From Rebecca billardiae RCC1528 (Eukaryota; Protista; Haptophyta), in contig OZ251245.1 of NCBI GenBank assembly GCA_965240325.2, positions 1,240,001-1,304,000 of the forward strand: DNA of 64,000 nucleotides, written 5' to 3'. This document shows, piece by piece, positions 22,157 through 32,968 of this stretch. A program made the position numbers and the translations under genes. The notes beneath the pieces were generated by a model. That model saw only the letters and a list, made by a program, of their open reading frames with translations, was not told the DNA's origin and did not search any database. Each line of letters starts with the position of its first letter. Position 1 is the first letter of the stretch.

Positions 22157-23953
22157 TCAAACCATCTTCCTCATGTTGAGCATCATGGCTGACGACAGCT
22201 CGGCGAGCCGCGACCGGCTGCTGTCGTCGCCGGTCGTTGAATAAGCGGACGACTTGGTCGACCGGTCGCGCGAGGCGGAGGGCGATGCAGCGGGAGCCGT
22301 GGTGAGCGAGTCCTGCAGATAGTCCGGCGGATGGGCGGCGCTGGAAGGGTCCGCGCCGTCGTGCGGACGGTGCCGCCGTGCACGCGCACGCACGCTGTGC
22401 GGCGTGCTGGGCGCGCACAGCCCGTGCACCTCGCAGAACCGCACGATCGTCTCGCGGAAGCGGAGACAGACCTCCGCCGCGCTCGCATCCGCGGTGACGG
22501 CGCCGAGCGCCCGCGCGAGCCAGCGCGGCAGCATGATCGGCACGTCTGAGATGGTCGCGTGTGTCGAGCCTCGCACGAACGCAAAGTGCGAGCTGCCGCC
22601 CACGCCGCCTGCCGAGAAGCGTGCACGCACGGAGCGCAGTGCGTCGCCGACGCCGCCCTCGCCCGCGAAGTACGCCTGCCGCCATTCAGCCGAGTAGAGC
22701 GCAAGCACTGGTGTTCGCTCGAGCGCGCGCTCGGGTGGGGCGAGCAGCGGCCGCGCCTCGTCCGCTGCGCACACCGGCGCCGAGCCCGCCGCGCCCGCGT
22801 ACGCGACGCGAGCCGCCTCGGCCGGGACCCAGTCGAGCACCGGGTCGAGGCAGACGCACGCGGCAGGTGGCTCGTGGGCGCCCATCGCCGCGGCGAGCGC
22901 GGTGGCGCCGCCCATCGAGTGCCCCGCCACGGCGATGCGCGCGCCGTCCAGCCTGCCGCCCAGCAGCCCGAGCAGCTGGCGGGCGCAGCCCACGTCCGCC
23001 TTCCCCGGCCTCAGCCCGGCCACAGGCATGTCGCCAGCGCCGCCCGGCACCGCTGGCTCGGGCGAGGCCGCCTGCGCGCGCGCGAGCGCCGCGGCGGCCT
23101 TGAGCGCTGCGCACGCCTCCCTCGCGCGCGCGTCCACCTGCCGCCGCCGCGCGTGCGTGTACTCGGCGCCGCGCAGACCATCGACCTCGTGCGCGTACGG
23201 CAGCGTGTGGCCATCGGGAAGTCGCGCGAGGACGGCGGAGCCGTCGGTGTGCTCGACGATCAGCACGACGACGCCGCGCGAGGCGAGCTCGCCCAGGATG
23301 CCGGCGTACTGCTCGCGGAGCGTCATCATCCCGTGGCTGAACACCAGTGCGGCCGCACGCTGCGGCCCCGCCATCGGCGGTGGCGCGGTGCCGGGCCGCG
23401 CTGTGGCCATCTCAGCGCGCACGAGGCCAAGGTGGTCCATCAGGTGCAGCAGCGGGCCCGAGCGGAGGCCCGACGGCGCGAGCGTGCGCATGAGCTGCAC
23501 GCACGTGCGTCGGGGCTGGAGTGCGTAGTAGGGCGCGCCGGCGAGCGCACACGCGCCGCGCGCTCGCGGCCGCAGCTCGGTCGGGTAGAGCGCACGCACG
23601 AGGAACGCGACGCCGTCGATCTCGAGCTGCGCGTCGAGCGAGCCGACGCCATAAGGGCCGGCGAAGGGCTCGAGGCCGCGTGGCTGCGGGATTGCAAGGC
23701 AGAGCGCCGCGCCGAGCGCGAGCAGCGGCCACGCCGCCGCCGTCGCGCGTGGCACCAGGCCGACGAGGGCGAGTGCGGCCGGGGTGAACGGCCAGCGACG
23801 GCAGCGCTCGAGGAGGAGCTTGAGCGTGACGGCGGCGATGGCCGCGTAGCTGACGAGCGGGTGGACGCCGGCGACGGCCGCGCCGATCAGCGCGATCAGC
23901 GCGAGCTCGAGGATCCACACGGAGAGGATGCCATCGTACGCCAACATCACCAT
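22157..23953 (-). CDS. Platelet-activating factor acetylhydrolase-like alpha/beta hydrolase with N-terminal TM helices; probable intron 22313-22393
   Basis: GPYGVG, LVFSHGM, ELASRGVVVLIVEHTDGSA, nucleophile GHSMGGATA, LDP, GSTHATISD. Start uncertain (23953 or 24121). Confidence 0.85.
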   Translation of the reverse strand: MVMLAYDGILSVWILELALIALIGAAVAGVHPLVSYAAIAAVTLKLLLERCRRWPFTPAALALVGLVPRATAAAWPLLALGAALCLAIPQPRGLEPFAGPYGVGSLDAQLEIDGVAFLVRALYPTELRPRARGACALAGAPYYALQPRRTCVQLMRTLAPSGLRSGPLLHLMDHLGLVRAEMATARPGTAPPPMAGPQRAAALVFSHGMMTLREQYAGILGELASRGVVVLIVEHTDGSAVLARLPDGHTLPYAHEVDGLRGAEYTHARRRQVDARAREACAALKAAAALARAQAASPEPAVPGGAGDMPVAGLRPGKADVGCARQLLGLLGGRLDGARIAVAGHSMGGATALAAAMGAHEPPAACVCLDPVLDWVPAEAARVAYAGAAGSAPVCAADEARPLLAPPERALERTPVLALYSAEWRQAYFAGEGGVGDALRSVRARFSAGGVGGSSHFAFVRGSTHATISDVPIMLPRWLARALGAVTADASAAEVCLRFRETIVRFCEVHGLCAPSTPHSVRARARRHRPHDGADPSSAAHPPDYLQDSLTTAPAASPSASRDRSTKSSAYSTTGDDSSRSRLAELSSAMMLNMRKMV

Positions 23954-24188
23954 CAGTTCCCACCACGAATCACAGTTGTAAGGCGGTGCTGCGAGCTGAT
24001 TGGCTGGCGTGAGATCGGACAGCGCCGAGATTCTTCTAATCATTGCCTCTGATACCCGCTTCAAGTATTGAAGCTTGCCGAAGCCCAGGGTCGCATCGGC
24101 CTTGCATCTCCCTCCGGCCATCACGACGAGAGGTGCCGCCCAGCACCGCGCGACGCGCGGGGAGCCCCCGCCGGGCGCGCGTGCGCGA

Positions 24189-26050
24189 TGGCGGTCGCAG
24201 CGATCGCCGCGATCAACGCGAGGCGCGAGGTGGAGGCGGTTGGTGGGGAGGATGAGCAGCAGCGCGTCCTCCGCGCCGCGCGCGCCAGCGGCTACGACAT
24301 CCTCCTCGCCGCGGAGCTGCAAGCGGCGAGCGAGGCGGCGGGCCACGGCGGCAACGCGGACGGCGCGCTCGTGGTGGAGGATGCGCGCAAAAAGTCGCGG
24401 CCGAACACGGCGCGCAAGCTGACGCGGAGCAACAGCACGCAGGTCCTCCCCACCACCGCGCCGCCGCCCAAGTTCTCGCGGCGCAACTCGATCGACGACC
24501 TCGTGAAGGCGCACCTGGAGGAGATGGCGGCGGAGAGCAAGGAGCCGCCGCCGCCGCCGTGGTCGCGCAGGTGGGCGCAGCAGGTGGCGCGCGCGCTGTA
24601 CGAGACGCGGGAGGCGCAGATGCTCGTCGCCCTCCTCATCGGCGCCAACTTCATCCAGTCGGCCGTCGAGGCTCAGCTCGCCGAGAGCCGCACGGCCGGC
24701 AGCATTTCCTTCTTCTACTACGCCGAGTGGGCGTTTGCGTGCGCGTTCAGCGTGGAGCTGGCGTGGAACGCGTACGCGTACTGGTGGCGGCCGTTCTGGT
24801 CGTCCGGCTGGAACGTCTTCGACGTGCTCATCGTCGGCGTCACGTGGGTCAAGCTGCTCGCCGCGAGCGTGCCGGGCGTGAGCGTGCTCCGCCTGTTCCG
24901 CGCCTTCCGCGTGCTGCGGCTGTTCAAGCGGATCGAGAGCCTGCGCACGATCATCGAGGCGATCATCGACGCGCTGCCCAAGGTGGGCAACGCGTTCATC
25001 GTGCTGGGCGTGGTGATGGGCATCTGGTCCATCATCGCCGTCGACTTCTTCGGCCCGTTCGCGCCCGAGGAGTTCGGCTCGTTCACGCGCGCCATGTTCA
25101 CGATGTGGCAGGTGATGACGCTCGACGGCTGGGGGCTGATCGCGCGCCGGATCATCTACGGCACCAACGAGGAGAACGAGGTGAAGGGCGCGGGCTTCTT
25201 CGTCTCGTACACATTCGTCACCTCCATCGTGCTCACCAACGTGATCGTCGCCATCCTCCTCGACAACTACCTGCGCGCCATCGACCGCGCCAAGGAGGCG
25301 AAGGAGGAGGCGGAGGCGCTGGCGCGCGCGGAGGCGGAGAAGGAGGAGCTGGAGGCGATGCGCGAGCAGCAGCGCGTCGCCGCGCTCAACGTGCGCGCAC
25401 GCGCACGCGCGCCTCGCGCGCCGCCCGCGCCGCCCGCGCCGCGCGCTCGCACGGGCTCACCGCGCCCGGCTGTGCGCGCTCACCGCGCCGCCGCGCGCGG
25501 CTCGCAGGCGGAGGCGGCGGCGGAGGGCGCGCCGTCGGCGGACGCACAGACGATCCTGGACGCAGAGACGGCGGCGCGGCTCGCGCCGTCGATCGTCCCG
25601 CGCGTGCTCCGCTCGGTGTGCGCGCCGCGCGAGCTCCGCCGGCTGGGCCGCGCGCAGCTGCTCGACCTCGCGGCCGTCGTCTACTCGAGCGAGCTGGGGC
25701 GCGAGCGGCTCTGCCACTACGCACACGCCAAGGTGGCGGGCGGCAGGGTGCCGGCCGGCACGGACGCGGGCGCGCTGCTCCGCTTCTTGGGCGCGAGGCA
25801 CGAGGCGCGCGCTGGCGGGGAGGGCACGCCGCCGCCCGACGGCGACGGCGGCGAGCCCGCCGCGAAGCAAGCGTGGACAGCGCACCTCAAGCTGCCCGAG
25901 CCGGCCGCACACGCCACCGCACGCCCTGCCGCCGCCTCGCCGCTGCCGCTGTCCGGCCGCGGAGGCGCGCCGGGCGTTGCCGAGCACGCGAGCAGGGTGA
26001 TCACGCTGGACGTGCGACAGGCGCCGAGCACGCCCACGGCCATCGACTGA
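24189..26050 (+). CDS. Single-domain 6-TM voltage-gated cation channel (EukCat/CatSper/BacNav-like); probable intron 25391-25507
   Basis: WNVFDVLIV (S3), S4 LRLFRAFRVLRLFKR, pore FGSFTRAMFTMWQVMTLDGW, S6 NVIVAILLDNY, followed by coiled coil. Confidence 0.9.
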
Positions 26051-26527
26051 GCCCCAGCCGGCGCCGGCCGCCGGCCGGGGCGCGCGCGCGTGGCGAGTGG
26101 TCCTGCGTGGAGCGGGAGCCACTCGCGGCCCGTCGGACTCGGAGCGCGCCATGCGGGCGGGCGCACCATGACCATCGGTGGGCCATGGCCCGTGCCAGCT
26201 GCCTGCGCAAGGAATGAGAATGAGCAGCCAGTCGGTAGGCGTGGAGCACTGCTGCTCAGAGCGGCAACACAGCGAGGCGCAGCGACGCGTACTGTGAAGA
26301 GCCCGCTCCATCACCACGCACGGGGACGGCCGCCATCGTGATGCGAGCTGTTCGCTTTTCAGTTTTCGCCGTGTCGTTTTGCTGCCTTTCCGTTTCGCCG
26401 GGCCCCACGGACGCACGCCACGCACGGCTCGCGCCCGGTCGTTTCGCCTCTCCCCCAGCAGCGCTGTTGGCCAGGCCGCCATTGCAATCGCGGCCGCATC
26501 AGCGCGCGCCTCCCCCGCAGCCGAGCC

Positions 26528-29026
26528 ATGTCGCCGTCGACGCGCGTGCCCGGCGCGCCGCTGCAGCCGGGGATGACCGTGCGCGACTACACCACCACCG
26601 ACTTCCGGCGCAAGTCGCGCTTCGGCTACCAGCACGGCGTGATGACGATCCGCGAGAAGCCGCACGAGCAGCTCGAGCCGGTCGTGATCGACCCGCCAAA
26701 GTTCTCGATGGCGCTGTCGAAGGACGGGAAAGGGTTCGGCAAGTCGGACGCGTACTCGGGCAAGCCCTTCACCCCCTCGTACACGCCCGACTACGTCAAC
26801 CTCGACCGGCGCGTGCTGCGCTTCGACTCCTTCTTCAAGGAGGCGGTGCACGAGTCGAGGCTCGAGAACTACCGCGTGCGGCGCTGCCTGATCTACTACC
26901 ACCTGCTCGACGGCACGATCCAGATCTCGGAGCCGAAGGTGGAGAACTCGGGCATGCCGCAGGGCGAGAGCAAGGGCTCCGTCTTCCTCAAGCGCCAGCA
27001 GGTGCCCAAGCCCGACGGCTCGGGTGCGTACTCGCCCGCCGAGCTCACGGTCGGCGCCAACATTGGCGTGTACGGCCGCGTCTTCCACATCGTCGACGCG
27101 GACAAGTTCACGCGCGAGTACATGGCGGAGCATATGGGCGTGGAGCTCGCCCCGCCCGAGGAGATGCCCATCGACCCGTACAACGCCAAGCGGCAGGAGG
27201 AGAAGGAGGGCGTGCTGCGCACGCAGAAGTACTTCCGGCCGCGCGCGTACGAGGACGACCTCGCGCGGTACGCGGCCGCAAAGTACGGCGCGGCGGCGAC
27301 GGCGCTCGCGCCGGACCGGCTGCGCGAGTTCCTGCAGTACGACCGGAAGGTGCTCCGCTTCTTCCTCGCGTGGGACGACCGCGCCTCGATGTACGGCGAG
27401 CTCCGCCCGTTCATCCTGCACTACTACCTGCAGGACGACAGCGCGGAGATTCTCGAGGTGCGGCGCGCCAACTCTGGGCGGGACCCGTTCCCTGCCTTCA
27501 TCAAGAAGGGGAAGCTGGCGAAGGACATCGACACGCTGATCCGGACCGACGCGCCGACGACGCACACCACCCAGCTCATCGACCGCTCCGGCCGCGTCGA
27601 CCCCTCCTCGATGCACTACTACACCGCCGCCGACTTTTGCATCGGCAAGGAGATCTCGGTGTACAACCGCACCTTCTTCATCTACGGCTGCGACGAGTTC
27701 ACGCGCACGCACTACAAGGAGGTGCGCGCGGAGGGGGAAGGGGGCGGCTGCGCGCGGGGGCGGGGGGCAGGGGCGGCATGCGCGAGGGCGAGGGCGGCGT
27801 GCAGCCACGCACGCGGCAGGGGAGAGCGGGGGGCTGCGGCCGGCGATCCCGCGCCGCTGTGCGCCCGCCCGCCTGACGTGCCGCGCCGCGCGCCGCTGCC
27901 GCGCGCCGCTACCGTGCCTCCCCAGAAATACGGGCTGGAGATGAAGGACATCCCGGTCGAGTTCGAGCCGACCGAGCCGCGCGTGCAGATGGAGGTGCCG
28001 CCGCCGCTGCCGCTCGGCATGGGCAACGACGAGGACTCGCTCGGCTCCTTCCTCTATCTCATCCCCAAGCCGCCCTTCCGAGACATGCGCAAGCTCGTCG
28101 AGAACGACCGGTGCGCGCCCGCCGCGCGCCCGCTGCGCGTGCGCGTGTGCGCGTGTGTGTGCATGTGTGCGCGCGTGGCAGGCCACGGCAGGCGGGCGGG
28201 CGCTCGCCGAGCGGGGCGAGCAAGCCGCGCGGCACCGCGGCCCGGCGGCGGCGACGCGGCGAGACGCGGCGCAAGCATGCCCCCGGCCGCCCCCACCTGC
28301 CCCCAGCTGCCCCAAGCTGCAAACTCAGCCAGCCAGCCTGCTCGTGCGCTGGCGCGCAGCGCAGCACACGCCACTCACTCGGTCGCTGCTCGCGCGCGCC
28401 GCCCCGCCCTGCCCGCCTCCGGCCGCGCGCGCAGCAAGCTGCTCCGCTTCCGCGCGCGGCTCGAGTCGCACGCGCCCGAGGACGCGCAGCGCGAGTTCGT
28501 CGTCAAGGTGTTCCTCGCGGACGACACGATTGCCGTCTTTGAGCCTCACGTGAAGAACTCGGGCGTGATGGGCGGCAAGTTCCTCGAGCGCGGCGCGGTC
28601 AAGGACCCGCAGACGGGCGAGCGCTTCGCCGCGTCCGACTTCTACACGGGCGCGCGCGTGCGGCTGAACGGCTTCCCGTTCATGCTCTACCAGGCGGACG
28701 AGTTCACGCTCGCGTACATGGAGCAGCACCCCGACGTGTTCCCCCGCTCAGACCCCGAGCATGTGCTCTCGCGCCTCCGCGCGCACCTCGCGCAGCCCGA
28801 CGCGGCCGAGGCGGGCGCGGTGCTCGAGGGCGCGCTCAAGACGGCCGACCTGGGCGGCAGCTACGCCGGCTTCGTCGGGTACGGCGGCTTCCAGGGGGCG
28901 CTCGCCGAGGCCGGGATGATGCTCGACGAGCAGCCGATGATCACGCTCATGCGCCACTTCCACATCAACGATGCCGAGGCCGAGGCGATCGACTACACCG
29001 CCTTTTTGCGCGCGCTGCTCGGATAG
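26528..29026 (+). CDS. EFHC1: EFHC1/Rib72 axonemal protein (three DM10 domains + EF-hand-like C-terminus); introns 27722-27925 and 28111-28434
   Basis: LDRRVLRFDSFFKEAVHES, EPKVENSGMPQG, YDRKVLRFFLAWDDR, NSGRDPFPAF, KNSGVMGGKFLER, ADEFTLAYME. Confidence 0.93.
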   Translation: MSPSTRVPGAPLQPGMTVRDYTTTDFRRKSRFGYQHGVMTIREKPHEQLEPVVIDPPKFSMALSKDGKGFGKSDAYSGKPFTPSYTPDYVNLDRRVLRFDSFFKEAVHESRLENYRVRRCLIYYHLLDGTIQISEPKVENSGMPQGESKGSVFLKRQQVPKPDGSGAYSPAELTVGANIGVYGRVFHIVDADKFTREYMAEHMGVELAPPEEMPIDPYNAKRQEEKEGVLRTQKYFRPRAYEDDLARYAAAKYGAAATALAPDRLREFLQYDRKVLRFFLAWDDRASMYGELRPFILHYYLQDDSAEILEVRRANSGRDPFPAFIKKGKLAKDIDTLIRTDAPTTHTTQLIDRSGRVDPSSMHYYTAADFCIGKEISVYNRTFFIYGCDEFTRTHYKEVRAEGEGGGCARGRGAGAACARARAACSHARGRGERGAAAGDPAPLCARPPDVPRRAPLPRAATVPPQKYGLEMKDIPVEFEPTEPRVQMEVPPPLPLGMGNDEDSLGSFLYLIPKPPFRDMRKLVENDRCAPAARPLRVRVCACVCMCARVAGHGRRAGARRAGRASRAAPRPGGGDAARRGASMPPAAPTCPQLPQAANSASQPARALARSAAHATHSVAARARRPALPASGRARSKLLRFRARLESHAPEDAQREFVVKVFLADDTIAVFEPHVKNSGVMGGKFLERGAVKDPQTGERFAASDFYTGARVRLNGFPFMLYQADEFTLAYMEQHPDVFPRSDPEHVLSRLRAHLAQPDAAEAGAVLEGALKTADLGGSYAGFVGYGGFQGALAEAGMMLDEQPMITLMRHFHINDAEAEAIDYTAFLRALLG

Positions 29027-29654
29027 GCGGCTCCACGGGCGCATGCGCCGGCTGGGCCCGTCCTGCCCTCGGCCCGGCCACGCAGTCGGCCGCACGAGGG
29101 CCGGGCGGCGGCCGATTCAGGCAGCAGCACAGGGCGTCCGGAAGCTGCGAAGGCTACTCCGACACTCTCGCTGGCCGCCCTTACCGGAGTCAGCCGCCGC
29201 CAAGTCAGTCATAGCGCGGCGCCAGGATACCGTTGCGCTGCTGCGCGGCCCGCGGCGGCTGCGGAGTGCGGCCGCGCCTGTTACTGATGTTGGCTGCTGC
29301 TCACCACCGAACCGTCGACAGACACTATACGACACTATGATGATACATGCCGCGTGTAACAGCCTCGGCTGCTTGCGAGTAACGATCGATCTCTCGTCAT
29401 CGGTCGCTCGGTACGGCCGACTGACGCCCGGGGCCGGGTAGGCGGGTACTCCTAGCAGCCACTACTATCAACTATGAGTACCGATGACGAGTACGGCGGC
29501 AAATCGCCTCGTCGTCACAGCCCTTGCAAACGAGTGAGAGTGGCTGGGCCGGGTCCTGCCCCAAGGACTGGGCCAGGCCTTGGCCAGACCTTGCTTCGAG
29601 TCGTGGCGGGCGGCGCATTCTCCCGCTCTCCTGCGCGGTCCCACGTCGTCCGCC

Positions 29655-30821
29655 ATGCTGGCTGCGTCGGCACACGCGCTGCTCGTGGTCGCGGGCGCGG
29701 CGTGGACACACGAGCCGATCAACCTTGAGGCCTGCGCGGCGGCGCGCGCCGCCACCGTCCCCGCCTCATCCGCGCAGGAGGCCTGCGCGCACGGCCCGAT
29801 CACGCGCGTGCGCGCGCGGCTGGGCGCGTCCATCCACGCGCTCGAGCTGACGGCGGCGGACGGCAGCACGCGCACGCTCGGCGAGGACGGGGGCGGCGCG
29901 TGGCGCGAGCTCGCGCTGGAGCCGGGCGAGTGGATCGTCTCGCTCGCGCAGACGCAGATGCACAGCTGCTGCCCGTGCTGCGGCGACGTCGAGCGCGTGA
30001 TCTACCAGGGCGAGGAGCGGCTGTGGGGGCTGCTCGGAGAGCACATCGCGCTCACGACGAGCCGCAACCGCACGTTCGACATCGCGCCCGAGCGGTACGG
30101 GCGGTACGGCAGCCGGTACCGGCAGCCGACCGACAGCTTCGCCGCGCGCGCCGGGTACGGCATCGTCGGCTTCCTCCTGGACAACGGCGCCTCGGGCCAC
30201 GTGTGCGCCATCGTGGAGGCGCCGCGCGGCTGCACGCCCGACACGCCCGCACCGGCCGCGACGCCCGGCGCAGGGCCCGACTCTGACGCCGCCTCTGGCA
30301 AGGGGGGCGAGGTGGGTGGCGGGGCCGCCACGGGCGGTACAGGCGCGAGCTCGAGCACGGCGGATGCGTCCGCACCCGCCGCACGGCCGGCGCCGCCGCC
30401 TGCGGCTCCCGTGCCCCCGCGCGCCTCCGCCAACCCGCAACAGCCAGCGCGCCCAGCGCCCGCCAACGGCCGCCTGGCCCATCTGGGCGGGGCCGACGCG
30501 TCCAGCTTCCGCGCGGAGGCGTGGAGCGTGCTCGCCGTCGCGCTCTCGTGCGCCAACATGCTCGCGCTCGCCGCGCTCGCGTGCTTCGTCTGCTGCCGCC
30601 GGCGCGGCCACCACGCCGCAGCCGACGGTGTGGGCGCGCCGCCCGTGGCGCTGGCAGGGGCAGCGGGCGGCAGCAAGCCTTACATCCGCCTCAGCACGAC
30701 GGAGCAGCCGCAGGGGGCGGCCACGGCGCGCGCACGCGCGGACAGCAGCGATCGGCAGCAGGCGACCACGACGGAGCTCGCCACGTGGAGCGACGCCGAG
30801 CGTGATGCATCCGCAGCCTGA
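29655..30821 (+). CDS. Type I membrane protein with jacalin-like lectin domain, Pro/Ala-rich stalk and TM helix
   Basis: Signal peptide; ITRVRARLGASIHALEL..GEDGG..LALEPGEWIVSL..LTTSRNRTF..YG..IVGF pattern; TM SVLAVALSCANMLALAALACFVCC followed by RRR. Confidence 0.7.
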   Translation: MLAASAHALLVVAGAAWTHEPINLEACAAARAATVPASSAQEACAHGPITRVRARLGASIHALELTAADGSTRTLGEDGGGAWRELALEPGEWIVSLAQTQMHSCCPCCGDVERVIYQGEERLWGLLGEHIALTTSRNRTFDIAPERYGRYGSRYRQPTDSFAARAGYGIVGFLLDNGASGHVCAIVEAPRGCTPDTPAPAATPGAGPDSDAASGKGGEVGGGAATGGTGASSSTADASAPAARPAPPPAAPVPPRASANPQQPARPAPANGRLAHLGGADASSFRAEAWSVLAVALSCANMLALAALACFVCCRRRGHHAAADGVGAPPVALAGAAGGSKPYIRLSTTEQPQGAATARARADSSDRQQATTTELATWSDAERDASAA

Positions 30822-30953
30822 TGATATGCGATATGATGATGCGCCATTCGTCGGCCCGTCGGGCATTCGTCGCAGCGTCGCTGGCCGATCCGCTCGTCCG
30901 CGAGTGACGTCATCAGATCGACATCAGCGCACTGGGTGACTGGCGCACCGGCG

Positions 30954-31098
<145 letters not shown>

Positions 31099-31475
31099 CG
31101 CGAATATACGCGCGACGCGATAATCGCGACTATCGCCTGTAGTCGCGCGCGCGCGCGATTATTAATTATATTAATATATATCTCAGACAGCTCGTCGTCA
31201 CTCTTGCTGCATGCCACGCGCGACTGATAATTATTATTCAGATAATTAGATTCCTAAGAGTATACGAGTTCTGGATGATTACTAATATATATATTATATA
31301 TATAATATATATATTTATAATAATATAATATAATATACTATAAATATATATATAATGACGATACATGATGCGACGATGAAGCTGCGACCACGAGCTAGCT
31401 AGGCCCGTAGTTACATCCGACTCAGCAGATCCGAGGCGCCGCCGCCCGCCCGCGCCACTGACCGACGCGACGGTG

Positions 31476-32873
31476 TCACGGCGCAGTCCGCAGTGACGAT
31501 GCCTTGGCCGCCGCCATCGTCTTGTTGACGATTTCGTCCTCCTGCTCATAGCGCTGGTTGATTGCGCGGAGCGACCACTCGCTCGACGTGCCGCACGGGA
31601 TGGGTTGCCAGCCGAGGGAGGGCGTGAGGGCACGGCAGACCTTCCGCGTGCGCCTCCGCAGCTCATCGACCGCGTGGCACACGCGGCATGTGACGCCGTT
31701 GGCGTGCACCGCCTGGAGACGCTGCGCCCACGCTGCGGTGCGCGGCCCGTCCTGCCGCCACGCGTGCAGCCGCGCGTACGCGTCGCGGTCGGCGTGCAGC
31801 GCGCGCAGCCTCTGGACCAGCCGGTCGAGGGCGCCCTCGTCGACGCGCTCGGCGTGCGCGGCCGATGCCCCCTCGCTGAAGTCGTCGAGGTGCAGAAAGG
31901 CCTCGGGCGCGGGCATCAGCGGCTCGACCTCCGAGCGCGGCCGCCCGACGAACACGGGCACCACGCCCGCCGCCAGGCATTCGAAGAGCTTCTCCGTGAT
32001 CCAGCCCGCCTCCCTGCGCGTCGACTCGACCACGAGGTAGAAGTCGAAGAAGGAGATCGCGCCGAGCTTGCGGTACTGGCGCGGGCGCGGGCTCAGCCCG
32101 CTGAACAATCTCTTGCGCGCGCTGAGCTGATCGGAGGGCTCGCCCAGCTTGCCGGTGCGCTCGCACAGGCCGATGGAGGCGAACTCTGGCATGCGCGCCC
32201 TCAGCGCGCGCACCAGCTGCCCGCGCCACGGCGGCAGGCACGAGCCACCGAGCATGACGAGGAACGCGGCGCGCGGCTCCTCGGAGGTCGCGCGCCCGAG
32301 CTGATCGAGCGCCAACATCCGGTTCGTCTTCTCCAGGCGCGCGCCGGCCTCCCACCAGCGCACCCCTGCGGTGCGGGAGGCGTAGTGGCGGGTGTATGGC
32401 AGAAAGAGGGTGCGCACGTCTGCGCCCGGCGCCCAGTGCACCGCAAAGTGCACGTGACCGAAGCAGCGCTCGCCGCAGCCGTACACGCTCGGCCGCTTCC
32501 ACGCGGGCTCGTGCCCGAAGAAGCCGATCAGAGTCTCCGGCCCGCGGCCGGCCGCAGCGCGCTCCGCGTTCTTCCTCACCGTCTCGCGCAGCAGCTCTAT
32601 TTGCTCCGTACGTATCGGCTGCTCGTCGCCGTCGTACACGATCGCATCCGCGCCGTGGTCACCGGCGACTGAGTTCCTGAGCGTACAAGTCGCGCGCGCC
32701 CGACCGACCGAGCAGTTCCGCACGAGGCCGGGCTTGGCTTTCCACTGCAGCAGCTGCCCGGCATGCAGATGCGTGCCCACGCGCAGGATCGAGACCCGGC
32801 GATGCTGCCACCCGCTCACGACGCACAGGAGCAGGGGCCACGCGGCGCGGAGCGCCCGCGCGGGGCGGTGCAT
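31476..32873 (-). CDS. Alpha-1,3/4-fucosyltransferase (GT10)
   Basis: FYLVVESTRREAGWITEKLFECLAAGVVPVFVG, AFLHLDDF, DAYARLHAWR, CRVC; N-terminal hydrophobic segment. Confidence 0.85.
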   Translation of the reverse strand: MHRPARALRAAWPLLLCVVSGWQHRRVSILRVGTHLHAGQLLQWKAKPGLVRNCSVGRARATCTLRNSVAGDHGADAIVYDGDEQPIRTEQIELLRETVRKNAERAAAGRGPETLIGFFGHEPAWKRPSVYGCGERCFGHVHFAVHWAPGADVRTLFLPYTRHYASRTAGVRWWEAGARLEKTNRMLALDQLGRATSEEPRAAFLVMLGGSCLPPWRGQLVRALRARMPEFASIGLCERTGKLGEPSDQLSARKRLFSGLSPRPRQYRKLGAISFFDFYLVVESTRREAGWITEKLFECLAAGVVPVFVGRPRSEVEPLMPAPEAFLHLDDFSEGASAAHAERVDEGALDRLVQRLRALHADRDAYARLHAWRQDGPRTAAWAQRLQAVHANGVTCRVCHAVDELRRRTRKVCRALTPSLGWQPIPCGTSSEWSLRAINQRYEQEDEIVNKTMAAAKASSLRTAP

Positions 32874-32968
32874 CCGCCGGCCCGCGACACACGCCGAGCG
32901 AGTACAAGTCTGCGACATACAGTTTACTAAGAATAAGAGACGCACACAGCTCAGGCACAGTAGTACTA

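Noticed and set aside
25457-28315. Long antisense ORFs (952 aa here; also 37612-39960, 56040-58346, 57659-59716)
   Set aside because: Shadow frames of high-GC genes; no motifs.
894-28434. Apparent excess of in-frame, stop-free introns (e.g. both EFHC1 introns)
   Set aside because: 7 of 18 inferred introns are 3n, close to the one-third expected; GC-rich introns rarely contain stops.
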